Positions 29,853-39,227 of a stretch of DNA of 64,000 bases are shown here, piece by piece. Both the position numbers and the translations under genes were made by a program. The stretch covers positions 22,011 to 86,010 of the forward strand of contig CAZUNO010000006.1 in assembly GCA_964621445.1 (NCBI GenBank), written 5' to 3'. Source of the DNA: Candidatus Hadarchaeota archaeon (GTDB lineage Archaea > CAYQAE01 > CAYVLA01). Below the pieces are notes generated by a model. That model was not told the DNA's origin. It did not search any database and saw only the letters and a list, made by a program, of their open reading frames with translations. Every line of letters begins with the position of its first letter. Position 1 is the stretch's first letter.

Positions 29853-31280
29853 TTAACGCTTTTCTCCCTGGGGAGACGAGATCAACCTTTCAGGGAAAAG
29901 CTCATCTAGAAGCTTCACCGATCTATTTACAACCATCTCCAGGGAGCCCGGGGCAAAACGTGACCAGTTCCCGGTCCGGGTCTCGTGGCCGCCTCTTGCG
30001 AAAGCCTCTCTTGTGGGGAGATAGCCGGCATAGTGGCCTACGTCATGGGCTGCATAGGTAAATTGGGCAGGGGACTCCCGTTTAATCCTCAACTGTCCCT
30101 CGACAAAGGGTTCACCGGGAAGACCGACCAATCCAGAACTACCTATTCGAAAGGCCTGGATCTGGTAATCGAAGTAACTAGACTTCCTACGGAGGCGGTG
30201 GAGATCCAACAAGCCGGCAGCCATCACCCACTTTTGGTCAACTCCATCGCCCCTGGGGTTCCATTTGGGACTGGGTTCCCTTTCTAACAGATCTCTGGCT
30301 GCCTGGAGTTCGTTTCCATCGATTTCCCTGAGGGGCAGTGGGGCTATATTGTTTTCATGATCCAGTTCTGGATCATTCGAGAACTCCAGTGTTGGAATTA
30401 TGGAACGAACCCTGTTGGATAGCACCCTTCCCATTCTTTCGTGGCTCTCAAAATAATCGGGTTCGAAGGGGGGCCAGGGGTTTATGTTTCCGCAGCATCC
30501 ATTGAGGATGATAGGTATGCATTGATTTCCCAGGTCCAGTCGCAATCTTCTGGCCAGATTTCCTGGCCAGTCCGCTGAGACCACTGGCTTTGGAAAAATA
30601 TGTACGGGATGGCATGTATAGTTTGTAATTATGGAGGTCAAGTTGGAGGAAGAGTTCCTAAATGCAATCAGACCGAGTTCGGGGTCGATCGGGCCTTCCA
30701 GGTGTAATATGTCAGTGGGTCCCAGGGAATCTGTCCATCTCCTCCCCGGCATGAAAACCGAGCCATCCCTCCTCACCGCTCGTCTGTTGAAGGCCACGGT
30801 GCCCTCAATTCCCCTCCCGTAGGCAACCTGAACTGGCTCGAGACGATTATGGGCCCTTCTCACCGACTCCTTGATCTGCTCGGTGGCAAAAGAGCTGTAC
30901 TCGGGGTCGCTTCCCCTGAGCCAGCTGAATTCATCGGGAAGGTCAAACTCTGGGCTCAGCATGAAACCCCCAATGGCCGGGGCTGAATGGGTTTGGGTAG
31001 CATGAATCATCACCGCCCCGGCATCCAGGCCAAATTTCCTCCCTAAGTCCTGGCGTATCCGATTGGTGTAAACACGCGTGATTATGGTGACATCGACGGA
31101 TACCAGGCACAGGAGCTGACCGTCAGATTCCAGCAATAGGGCTGAAGCATATAGCGGGTCCTCGATGGATCGGGCCGGTCTGTAATCGGCTATGGATCCC
31201 GCGAGGTGGGTTCCCCTTTCCGGGGTGATTTCTACCCGTGCCGCACCAACTTGAAGTTGATGGTTATTTTCCCCTTCCAT
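29853..31280 (-). CDS. Neutral/alkaline ceramidase-like metallohydrolase
   Basis: VGAARVEITP, DPLYASAL, HATQTHSAP, FNRR, NYTCHP, SADWPG, LPGEPF, GYLPT. Confidence 0.85.
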   Translation of the reverse strand: MEGENNHQLQVGAARVEITPERGTHLAGSIADYRPARSIEDPLYASALLLESDGQLLCLVSVDVTIITRVYTNRIRQDLGRKFGLDAGAVMIHATQTHSAPAIGGFMLSPEFDLPDEFSWLRGSDPEYSSFATEQIKESVRRAHNRLEPVQVAYGRGIEGTVAFNRRAVRRDGSVFMPGRRWTDSLGPTDILHLEGPIDPELGLIAFRNSSSNLTSIITNYTCHPVHIFPKPVVSADWPGNLARRLRLDLGNQCIPIILNGCCGNINPWPPFEPDYFESHERMGRVLSNRVRSIIPTLEFSNDPELDHENNIAPLPLREIDGNELQAARDLLEREPSPKWNPRGDGVDQKWVMAAGLLDLHRLRRKSSYFDYQIQAFRIGSSGLVGLPGEPFVEGQLRIKRESPAQFTYAAHDVGHYAGYLPTREAFARGGHETRTGNWSRFAPGSLEMVVNRSVKLLDELFPERLISSPQGEKR

Positions 31281-31312
31281 GGTCCTCGATTAGATCGGTT
31301 TGTTCTCGGGAG

Positions 31313-32077
31313 TTAAAGCCTGACCGGAACCCCCCGTTCGTCCAGATAGCGCTTTACCTGGCCAATTGTGAACTCCCCGAAGTGGAATACCGAGGCCGCT
31401 AAGACGGCCTGTGCGTGTCCCTCAACCACCGCCTCGTAGAAATGCTCCAGCTTTCCCGCTCCACCACTGGCTATCACAGGTAATCCGGTGGCGTCAGCGA
31501 TCGATCGAGTGAGCTCCAGGTCATAACCCTCCTTGGTTCCGTCGGTAGCCCTGCTGGTTGGTAGAAGACGGCCAACCCCTATCTCTGCCATCTCCTTGGC
31601 AAATTCCACCGCGTCCTTTCCGGTGGGGGTCCTCCCGCCATCAATATATACCTCTCGACCGGAGGGGCAGGCATCATTTACATCGGCATCAATGGCAACC
31701 ACCAATCTCTGGGATCCAAAACGAGCCACGGCCCTCCTAATCATCTCTGGATCGCGGTAGGCGGCGCTGGAGATCGAGATGCAATCGGCCCCGGAGTCAA
31801 ACGCGTCCTCCATATCCTGGCAGCTCTTGATACCGCCACCTAGGGTCAGGGGCACATCGACAACATCTGCCACCTTCTCTAAAACATCAAGCATCGTCTT
31901 GCGTTTCTCGACGGTGGCCGTTATGTCCAGAAATGCTATCTCGTCCGCTCCCCCTTCCGAATACGCCCTGGCAGCTTGCACGGGGTCGGCCGCGTCGCGT
32001 AGGTCAACGAAATGTACCCCCTTGACCACCCGGCCTTCCTTCATGTCCAGGCAGGGGACTATGCTTACCGGTTCCAT
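31313..32077 (-). CDS. hisF: Imidazole glycerol phosphate synthase cyclase subunit, stand-alone copy
   Basis: IVPCLDMKEGRVVKGVHF, GADEIAFLDITA, DGTKEGYD, PVIASGGAG, LAASVFHF. Start moved to ATG 32077. Confidence 0.92.
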   Translation of the reverse strand: MEPVSIVPCLDMKEGRVVKGVHFVDLRDAADPVQAARAYSEGGADEIAFLDITATVEKRKTMLDVLEKVADVVDVPLTLGGGIKSCQDMEDAFDSGADCISISSAAYRDPEMIRRAVARFGSQRLVVAIDADVNDACPSGREVYIDGGRTPTGKDAVEFAKEMAEIGVGRLLPTSRATDGTKEGYDLELTRSIADATGLPVIASGGAGKLEHFYEAVVEGHAQAVLAASVFHFGEFTIGQVKRYLDERGVPVRL

Positions 32078-32187
32078 ATTTTCAATTCTCCTGGGTTTAG
32101 GTCCTGATTTCAAGTGCTTATTTGTTTTGCCGGTTCGGGGGGTTGGGGGCACAAGAGATATAACAGTATTGTGGGCTCGTCTAGCCC

Positions 32188-33207
32188 ATGATGAAGTCGC
32201 CAATCAAGGTAGGAGTAATCGGAGCGGGAGCGATTGGAAATTCCCACCTCAAGACATACAGTGAGGCTGACGAGGCTGATCCAATCGCGGTTGCCGACGT
32301 GAATAGGGAGAGGGCCAGGAAGGAGGCCAAGAAGTTTGGAATCGACGAGGTGTTTACCGATTATCACGAATTATTGGAGATTCCGGAACTGGAAGCTGTC
32401 AGCATCTGTATTCCAAACGTTTTCCATGCACCGGCATCGATTGCGGCTCTGGAGGCTGGTAAGCATGTTCTATGCGAGAAGCCTCTGGCCGTGAACGCGG
32501 ACCAGGCCGAGCTCATGGTTAGAAAGTCCAGAGAAACGGGAAAGAGGCTTGCCATGTCCCTAAACCTACGTCACAAGGGTAGTTCGTTGATGCTCAAAAA
32601 GGCAGCGGAGGATGGCCAACTTGGAGAGATATACTACGGAAGAGGAGGCATGCTAAGGGATAATGCCATACCTAGAGGATGGTTTCATAGAAAGGAGTTC
32701 GCAGGTGGGGGCCCTCTTGTCGACCTCGCTTCCCACATATTGGACTTGACCTGGTGGATAATGGGTAGGCCGGACCCGGTGTCGGCATTTGGTTCCACCT
32801 TTGCCAAATTCGGCCCCAGAGGGCTTGGAATGGGTAGCTGGGGGGTCGGACACCAGGATGGCCCCTTCGACGTTGAGGATCTCGGAGTGGGAATGATCAA
32901 ATTCGAGGGAGGCCAGACCCTTATCGTGGAAGCAAGCTGGGTGGTGAACATTGAGACTAGGACCTATAGCGAGGTGTCGGGAACCGAGGCCGGGGGATCA
33001 CTTCTTCCCGATCTGAACGTTAAAAAAACGGATGGAACCCCTCTGCAAATGGAGGCCGAGGAGGACCAGGACCCCAGGCTCAGGTTCCTGAAGGACCTAA
33101 TCCATGGCAACCCAGCACTTGGCCCGGGTGAGGATGGTCTAATGGTTACCAGGATGCTGGATGCCATCTACGACTCGGCTGAAACCGGCAAAGAGGTAGA
33201 GCTGTAA
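32188..33207 (+). CDS. Gfo/Idh/MocA family oxidoreductase
   Basis: VGVIGAGAIG, GKHVLCEKP, GGGPLVDLASHILD, DVED. Confidence 0.94.
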   Translation: MMKSPIKVGVIGAGAIGNSHLKTYSEADEADPIAVADVNRERARKEAKKFGIDEVFTDYHELLEIPELEAVSICIPNVFHAPASIAALEAGKHVLCEKPLAVNADQAELMVRKSRETGKRLAMSLNLRHKGSSLMLKKAAEDGQLGEIYYGRGGMLRDNAIPRGWFHRKEFAGGGPLVDLASHILDLTWWIMGRPDPVSAFGSTFAKFGPRGLGMGSWGVGHQDGPFDVEDLGVGMIKFEGGQTLIVEASWVVNIETRTYSEVSGTEAGGSLLPDLNVKKTDGTPLQMEAEEDQDPRLRFLKDLIHGNPALGPGEDGLMVTRMLDAIYDSAETGKEVEL

Positions 33208-33228
33208 TCAACGAACAGGTGCGTCGGT

Positions 33229-34470
33229 TCAGCTCTCCGCCATCTTGGTGGCCTTAACGGTCCTGTACAATCTCCTCCTGACCATCAGGGACCAGAGGAT
33301 GAACCCGGATATGAAGAGCGTGGATACCGAGACCAGCCATTCCACAATGTAGACCCAGATTAGCGCCTGGTTCTTGACCTCGGTGGCCACCCGTTTTGCC
33401 TGGGGAAAGCGATCCAAGGCAGATGCCATGACTTCTTCGCACTTCGGGAAATCCTGTTCCATGTATTGTTCGATGGCCTGTTCGTAGAAATCCTCGATTT
33501 CCCATATTTCATCCCTGATTCTCTGGGTATTGGCACCGAATTTGTCCACGAAGTCCTTTACCGAATAGAGAACTGCGATACGGTTCCTGTACTCGATGAA
33601 ATACGCCTTAAGTCTGTGGAAAACCTCGACGTCCTCTATGAGATCCCTCTTGGTGGAGTACAGGAAGATGTTCACCAGCATGTCAGGGCCATAACGGTGT
33701 GAAGTTGGGCTCTTCGAGTATTGTATCAGGGGCCCGGGTACAAAGCCGCCACAGGTCAGGGTTCTCCCGCTCCCGTAATCCCAGGCTATGAGGAAGGGGA
33801 CCCTTCCCTTTCCGGGGAAGTTCCCGATTTGCCAGGCCATGGTCCGGGCCGTTTCCCGGGGTATCACCAAACGGGAGGCGGCCGTATACTGTTTCTCGAC
33901 ATCGAAGGGGATGAAGGGGGTGAGAACGGGATCCGGGAAATCGGGATCTATGACCACCTTAAAGGTGTTGGTTGCGCTTTCTCCTCCCGCCTTTTCGGCG
34001 ACGGCCGGAGCGTCATTTGGGAAAGCCTTTTGAGTCTGGGAGTTGGCCCAGGCTCCGTGGATCTGGGAAACTATGCTGAAAACGCTTCCATCATTTAGCC
34101 CTCCAGCCCCGCCCTCTATGGCATCGTGCATCCATTTATCCTGGGTGGAGCTGAAGAGGTTGTATTCGGTTGCGGTAAGGTAGAGGAAGTCGTATTGGCG
34201 AAGGTCCTGGTAACTTCGGGGGAAATAGAGCCTGATGAATTTCTTTGCATCCTCCCGGCTGACTATACCTGTATCCCTGGATGGCACGGTGATATATTCC
34301 ACTAATGGTTCGTTGTCCAGGTAAAACTGGGCGGCTCGGAGCTGTCCAAAATGCCCGGTTATCAGAATATTGATCTTCTCATTGGAGCCAACCCCACTGG
34401 GAACGAGGAGGTGGAGGGCTAGCACTGATAATAGTGTCAGGAAAAGGGCCCTTCTGCCCATGTTTTCCAT
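33229..34470 (-). CDS. Family A single-pass surface protein (start may be ATG 34461)
   Basis: Signal peptide; RLYFPRSYQDLRQYD; VDKFGANT; ALIWVYIVEW...GFILWSLMVRRRLY. Confidence 0.86.
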   Translation of the reverse strand: MENMGRRALFLTLLSVLALHLLVPSGVGSNEKINILITGHFGQLRAAQFYLDNEPLVEYITVPSRDTGIVSREDAKKFIRLYFPRSYQDLRQYDFLYLTATEYNLFSSTQDKWMHDAIEGGAGGLNDGSVFSIVSQIHGAWANSQTQKAFPNDAPAVAEKAGGESATNTFKVVIDPDFPDPVLTPFIPFDVEKQYTAASRLVIPRETARTMAWQIGNFPGKGRVPFLIAWDYGSGRTLTCGGFVPGPLIQYSKSPTSHRYGPDMLVNIFLYSTKRDLIEDVEVFHRLKAYFIEYRNRIAVLYSVKDFVDKFGANTQRIRDEIWEIEDFYEQAIEQYMEQDFPKCEEVMASALDRFPQAKRVATEVKNQALIWVYIVEWLVSVSTLFISGFILWSLMVRRRLYRTVKATKMAES

Positions 34471-34524
34471 TACTTCTCTATTGGCATATAAAGATTGTTG
34501 AACCTTGGATTTTCATAACTCAGA

Positions 34525-35676
34525 TCAGGCCGGCCGGAAAATGGAGACACCGGCCAGTTCCCTTCCGGCTTCCGCGATGTAAATGGTGCCGTCGGCAGAG
34601 ATTGCAGCTCCCTTGGCGCCCTCTATAGTATCGGTTTGTTCAATTGTGCGGAATCGGGTAACCAGCTTGCCGTTGTTGTTATACTTGTCGATGCTGGGCT
34701 GGTAGTTATTGCTATTATCCCTGGCCATGAGGTATATATTACCAAGATCATCCGAGGCCATGGCGTGGTACCTGTAGTGCCCGTGGGTGGCGTCCTTGGT
34801 GGAGCCGGGGTTGGCGAACTGGAAAAGAAAATTTCCCTTGGAATCGAATTTCTGGCACCTGCCGTCGAATTCAGCAACGAAGACATCTCCATTGGGATCG
34901 GTGCATATCCCATGGGGGGCCAGGAATTCACCATGTCCCGTTCCCCGAGCTCCCCAGCAACGGATTTGGGTTCCTTGCCCATCAAAGACGATGACCCTGT
35001 TGTTCCCTACATCTGCAACATGTACCAGTCCGTCCCTGGATATGGCCAGGGAGTGGGGTCTCATCATTTCACACCTGCCCTCCCCCTCCCCGCCCCAGCA
35101 CCTTAGAAATCTGCCACTGGAATCAAAGACCTTGACCTGGCAGAGGTTGCCGTCAATAACGTATACCTCCCCATTTTCATGGACCTTCAAATCTCTGGGT
35201 CCATCCAGGCCTCCCGGCTGGTTTTTCTTTCCCTTCCCGATCTCCCCCAGATATTTTCCAGAGGGCGAGAAACGGATAATCCTGGCGGTTAAAGGGTCGG
35301 CGACTAGAAGGTTCCCGGAGGACTCAAGGGCAATTCCGTGGGCTTCCGCCATCTCATCGGGGCCTTCTCCCTTTCTATTCCAGAAGGTCACGCATTCGTA
35401 AAGGGGGCCTGGGCCTTCCAGGATCACGGTGGCCCATGAACTCAGATGTTTTCCCTCCCCCACTCTAGCCTCTATCACATGCTCTCGCCTGGGGGGGTCG
35501 ACAGGCGCCCTGTATACGCCGTTGGAGTCTATGGTTCCTACCTGATGGTTACCATCCGGGATGCCGTCGACCGACCACTGCGCGGGTGAACTAGCAGGTT
35601 GGAGTGAAAATTTCTGTACCGAATCCGGCTTCAAACGTATCATGCCGGGCCGGATAATGGACCGAGAGAATCTCAT
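34525..35676 (-). CDS. NHL-repeat beta-propeller with N-terminal Ig-like domain
   Basis: Repeated PHG/PRD-x-x-D...VYV-x-D-x-N-x-R units and WGxxGxGxGEF; N-terminal WSVDG...GTIDSNGVYRAP. Confidence 0.88.
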   Translation of the reverse strand: MRFSRSIIRPGMIRLKPDSVQKFSLQPASSPAQWSVDGIPDGNHQVGTIDSNGVYRAPVDPPRREHVIEARVGEGKHLSSWATVILEGPGPLYECVTFWNRKGEGPDEMAEAHGIALESSGNLLVADPLTARIIRFSPSGKYLGEIGKGKKNQPGGLDGPRDLKVHENGEVYVIDGNLCQVKVFDSSGRFLRCWGGEGEGRCEMMRPHSLAISRDGLVHVADVGNNRVIVFDGQGTQIRCWGARGTGHGEFLAPHGICTDPNGDVFVAEFDGRCQKFDSKGNFLFQFANPGSTKDATHGHYRYHAMASDDLGNIYLMARDNSNNYQPSIDKYNNNGKLVTRFRTIEQTDTIEGAKGAAISADGTIYIAEAGRELAGVSIFRPA

Positions 35677-35743
35677 GGGCAGGAAACCTGCAACCGGTCC
35701 TAATAAATGGGAACAGTTTTAGGATTTAGAGGAGTTTTGACAG

Positions 35744-37186
35744 GTGGTTGTTTCTATGGACGGAAGGGATCTATGCGGGCATGGAGTCGATTTTGCTCTT
35801 CAAATGGGCGCTGAATACGCCGAGGCGAGGTACGAGAAAATTTTGACGGAGGGATACTCGATGAGGAATGGTGAGATCCTTTCCGCCGGGAAGAAGGAGC
35901 AGGAGGGTATCGGGATAAGGATCATAGTTGAAGGGAGTCTAGGTTTCTGCTCGATCGACGGTTTGGACAAGGGGGAGTTGGAGCAGTCCATAGAGGAGGC
36001 CCACAGGATGGCAAGTTCTTACACCCGCAGGGAACCAGTCCGGTTCTCTAAGGAGGATGTCCACGAGGATAGCTGGGAAACCAGGGTTGCCATTCCATTC
36101 CATGATGTTGATCAAGAAACCAAGGTCGATTTCCTTACCGACATCGATAAATCAATGGACCCGGAAGAGAACGGGTTGGCTTTGAGAAACCTCAGCCTTA
36201 AAACCGTGAATAGAATTAAGCATCTTACCACCAGCGAGGGATGCGATATTCAGGGGTCCAAATCACTCTTCTCCCTGGGAGTTATGTTTCAGGCCGAACA
36301 CAACGGCCATTCGGAACAGAGGCACTTCAGCATCGGTGGAGCAGGAGGCTGGGAATGGGCGGAGGATGAGGATCTACGGGAGAGAATAGCCGATGATGCG
36401 ACCAGGACCTCGCGCGTCGTCTCCGAGGCCAAATCCATGGAACTGGGAGAGATCGATGTGGTTGTGGGGCCGGAGGTGGCGGGAATAATGGCCCACGAGA
36501 ACTGTGGCCACCCCTCGGAGGGCGATAGAATAAAGGGCAGGGAGGCTGCCCAGGCAGGAGAGTCCTGGTATTCGGACCTGGTTATCGGCGAATCCCAGAT
36601 TGGCAGTGAGGCCCTGACCATAATTGATGATCCTACCATTAGGGGGAGCGCTGGGTTCTACCCCTATGATGATGAAGGGGTGAGGGCCAGACCGAGATAT
36701 CTCATAAAGAAGGGTATCCTTAACGAGCTTCTACTTAACAGGGAATTCGCATATAGGTTCGACACCAAATCGACCGCCGCCGCCCGTTCAACCGGTTATG
36801 AACGGGAACCGATCATAAGAATGGCCAACACCTACATTGCACCTGGTGATCATTCCCAGGAAGAGCTGGTAGAGGATATCGATAAGGGTATATTCATGAG
36901 CAGTTTCACGGAATGGAATATAGATGACAGGAGGTTTCAATCAAAATACGTGGGGTCCCATGCCCTTCTCATAGAGAATGGAAATCTTACCGAGAAGCTG
37001 GTGAGGAGGCCGGTGCTGGAGCTGACGACCCGTAGATTATTCCGATCCATAGATGCCTGTGGAACCGGTTTTAAAGCCGACCTGGCAACCTGCGGAAAAT
37101 CGGATCCAATGCAAGGAATACCGGTTTGGACCGGCGGCCCCTGTGCGGTTAGATTGAGGAATGTCAGAGTGGGGGTGGGCATTTGA
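35744..37186 (+). CDS. tldD: TldD-family metalloprotease, catalytic subunit
   Basis: HENCGHPSEGD, DDEGV, PIIRMANTY, CGK. Confidence 0.92.
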   Translation: MVVSMDGRDLCGHGVDFALQMGAEYAEARYEKILTEGYSMRNGEILSAGKKEQEGIGIRIIVEGSLGFCSIDGLDKGELEQSIEEAHRMASSYTRREPVRFSKEDVHEDSWETRVAIPFHDVDQETKVDFLTDIDKSMDPEENGLALRNLSLKTVNRIKHLTTSEGCDIQGSKSLFSLGVMFQAEHNGHSEQRHFSIGGAGGWEWAEDEDLRERIADDATRTSRVVSEAKSMELGEIDVVVGPEVAGIMAHENCGHPSEGDRIKGREAAQAGESWYSDLVIGESQIGSEALTIIDDPTIRGSAGFYPYDDEGVRARPRYLIKKGILNELLLNREFAYRFDTKSTAAARSTGYEREPIIRMANTYIAPGDHSQEELVEDIDKGIFMSSFTEWNIDDRRFQSKYVGSHALLIENGNLTEKLVRRPVLELTTRRLFRSIDACGTGFKADLATCGKSDPMQGIPVWTGGPCAVRLRNVRVGVGI

Positions 37187-38547
37187 ATAGGGAACGCGAG
37201 ATGGTCGAACTAGCTCTCGAGGCATCCGAACCGGCCAGCGATGCCGTGGTTCGGTACGTGATAAGCGAGGGCAGTCAGATAAGATTCTCCAACGGTCAGA
37301 TAGACATCAGCAAGATCTGGAAATCCCGAAAAATGGATGTCTTCCTGGCCCTTGGCAAAAGGGTGGGGAGCACGGAAATAGAAAACCCGACTGCCGATAA
37401 GATATCATCTCGCGTGAGCAGGCTCATTTCCCAAACTGGGAAGATGAGGGAGAGCGAACTTTTTGGGGGAATATCCCATGAAGGCCGGGTTCAGGGAAGT
37501 GAGAGGGGAGTGATCGACCCCGATATCGAGGGATTTGGCTCGGTCGCACCGGGACTGGTTAAGGAAGCAATTGCTTCCGCGGAGGAAAAGGGAGCCAGGA
37601 GGGTGGCCGGGTCCCTGGTTTTCGGTAAGGACCGCATCGTAAACGGAACCAACTACAGTGAAGGTGGGGAATATGATAGATCGTATTACGAGCTCACCGT
37701 CAGAAGCTTTATCGATAACGAGACCTCCGGGCAGGGCCTGGCCTGTGGAAGGGACCTTTCCCGGGCCGAGGATCGTTTTACAAGGGCAGGACGGGAATCG
37801 GCAGAGATAGCAAGAATGGCCGAAGGGGGAGTCCAGGGCAAGGCTGGTGTCTATGACCTAATCGCATCTCCCACAGTTTCCGCAAATCTTCTCGGGGGCC
37901 TGGCTTCGAGCGCGAATCCCTTGATGATGATGTTGGGTTTTAGCCCCTTGGATAATCGTTTAGGACAGGAACTGGGCCCCAGGGAACTGTCCATCCGCGA
38001 CGACCCAGACGTGGAGGAGGGTTTGGGATCCAGGCCGTGGGATGTCGAAGGCGTTCCCAGTAGACGGGTTGATATATTTGAGGAGGGGAGGTTCGTGGGC
38101 ATGGTCCATAACACCAGTACCGCAGAGCTATTCGAGGCAGATAACACCGGGTCCAGTTGCCTGGTAAACATGGGTGGGAATAAGAGTCTGGCTCCCTGGG
38201 CCAGCAATCTAGTATTCGAGCCGGGAGACGAGGGCCTCCAGGAGATGATCAAGGGATCCAGAAAACCAACCATATACGTGACTTCGAATTGGTATACCCG
38301 ATTTTCAAATTACTCCGAGGGCACCTTTTCCACCATTCCCAGGGACGGCATATTCCTCATAGAGGACGGGGAGATAAAGAGACCGGTCAGGAAGATAAGG
38401 ATCTCGGATAACATCGTGGACATGATTTCGAGGATTGAGAGCATAGGTAATGATGTCAAACAGGTCCACTGGTGGGAGGTGGATACCCCCACTTTCATTC
38501 CCCATGTCAAGTTTAACGAGGTAAATATCACCGCTGCAAGGATATAG
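37183..38547 (+). CDS. pmbA: PmbA/TldE family subunit
   Basis: 4-nt overlap with tldD; IRFSNGQI, SRPWDVEG, WYTRFSN; lacks HExxGH. Confidence 0.88.
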   Translation: MNREREMVELALEASEPASDAVVRYVISEGSQIRFSNGQIDISKIWKSRKMDVFLALGKRVGSTEIENPTADKISSRVSRLISQTGKMRESELFGGISHEGRVQGSERGVIDPDIEGFGSVAPGLVKEAIASAEEKGARRVAGSLVFGKDRIVNGTNYSEGGEYDRSYYELTVRSFIDNETSGQGLACGRDLSRAEDRFTRAGRESAEIARMAEGGVQGKAGVYDLIASPTVSANLLGGLASSANPLMMMLGFSPLDNRLGQELGPRELSIRDDPDVEEGLGSRPWDVEGVPSRRVDIFEEGRFVGMVHNTSTAELFEADNTGSSCLVNMGGNKSLAPWASNLVFEPGDEGLQEMIKGSRKPTIYVTSNWYTRFSNYSEGTFSTIPRDGIFLIEDGEIKRPVRKIRISDNIVDMISRIESIGNDVKQVHWWEVDTPTFIPHVKFNEVNITAARI

Positions 38548-38550
38548 GAA

Positions 38551-39213
38551 GTGAGTTTTTCCTTGGTTTCCAGGAGCGATCGGGAAGCGGCCGAAAGGGC
38601 CAGGTCAAGCTACAATATCATGAGTGATTGGTACGATATCCTGGCCGGTCCCTGGGAGGAGGAGATGAGGAACTCTCTTCTCCAGGGTATGAACCCAGGC
38701 GGGGTTGAAAGGCTGCTGGAGATCGGTTGCGGAACCGGAGGCACCCTTCTGTGGCTGACCGAAATCGACGGCCCGCTTCCAGTGGGACTGGACGTCTCGG
38801 AGGGCATGTTGGACGTCGCCCGGGACAGGCTAGAGGCAGCGGAAGTAAAGGAAACTAAACTCGTTCATGGCGACGCCTTGACCCTTCCATTTGCCAGTGC
38901 GGTATTCGGTGCCGTGCTTATGGTTTTCACGCTGGAGCTATTCTCGAACGAGAACATCTCCCAGGCTCTTTCCGAGTGTAAGAGGACCCTGGCCGAAGAT
39001 GGGGATCTGTATATCGTTTCACTTGGGGTTAATGGTGGTGGCCCAGCGTTTACCATATATGGCTGGTTGCACCGATTATTTCCCAAGTTCGTGGACTGTA
39101 GACCGATTGACCTACCCAAGATAGTTGAAAGGGCCGGGTTCGAGGTCAGGGAGAACAAGACCCTGGAAGAATGGGGTTTCCCGGTTCAAATGGTTCGTGC
39201 TGGACCGATGTAG
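38551..39213 (+). CDS. UbiE-like class I SAM-dependent methyltransferase
   Basis: LLEIGCGTG, GLDVSEGML, GDALTLPF, DCRPI. Confidence 0.88.
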   Translation: MSFSLVSRSDREAAERARSSYNIMSDWYDILAGPWEEEMRNSLLQGMNPGGVERLLEIGCGTGGTLLWLTEIDGPLPVGLDVSEGMLDVARDRLEAAEVKETKLVHGDALTLPFASAVFGAVLMVFTLELFSNENISQALSECKRTLAEDGDLYIVSLGVNGGGPAFTIYGWLHRLFPKFVDCRPIDLPKIVERAGFEVRENKTLEEWGFPVQMVRAGPM

Positions 39214-39227
39214 GCCCTAAGGGGCGA

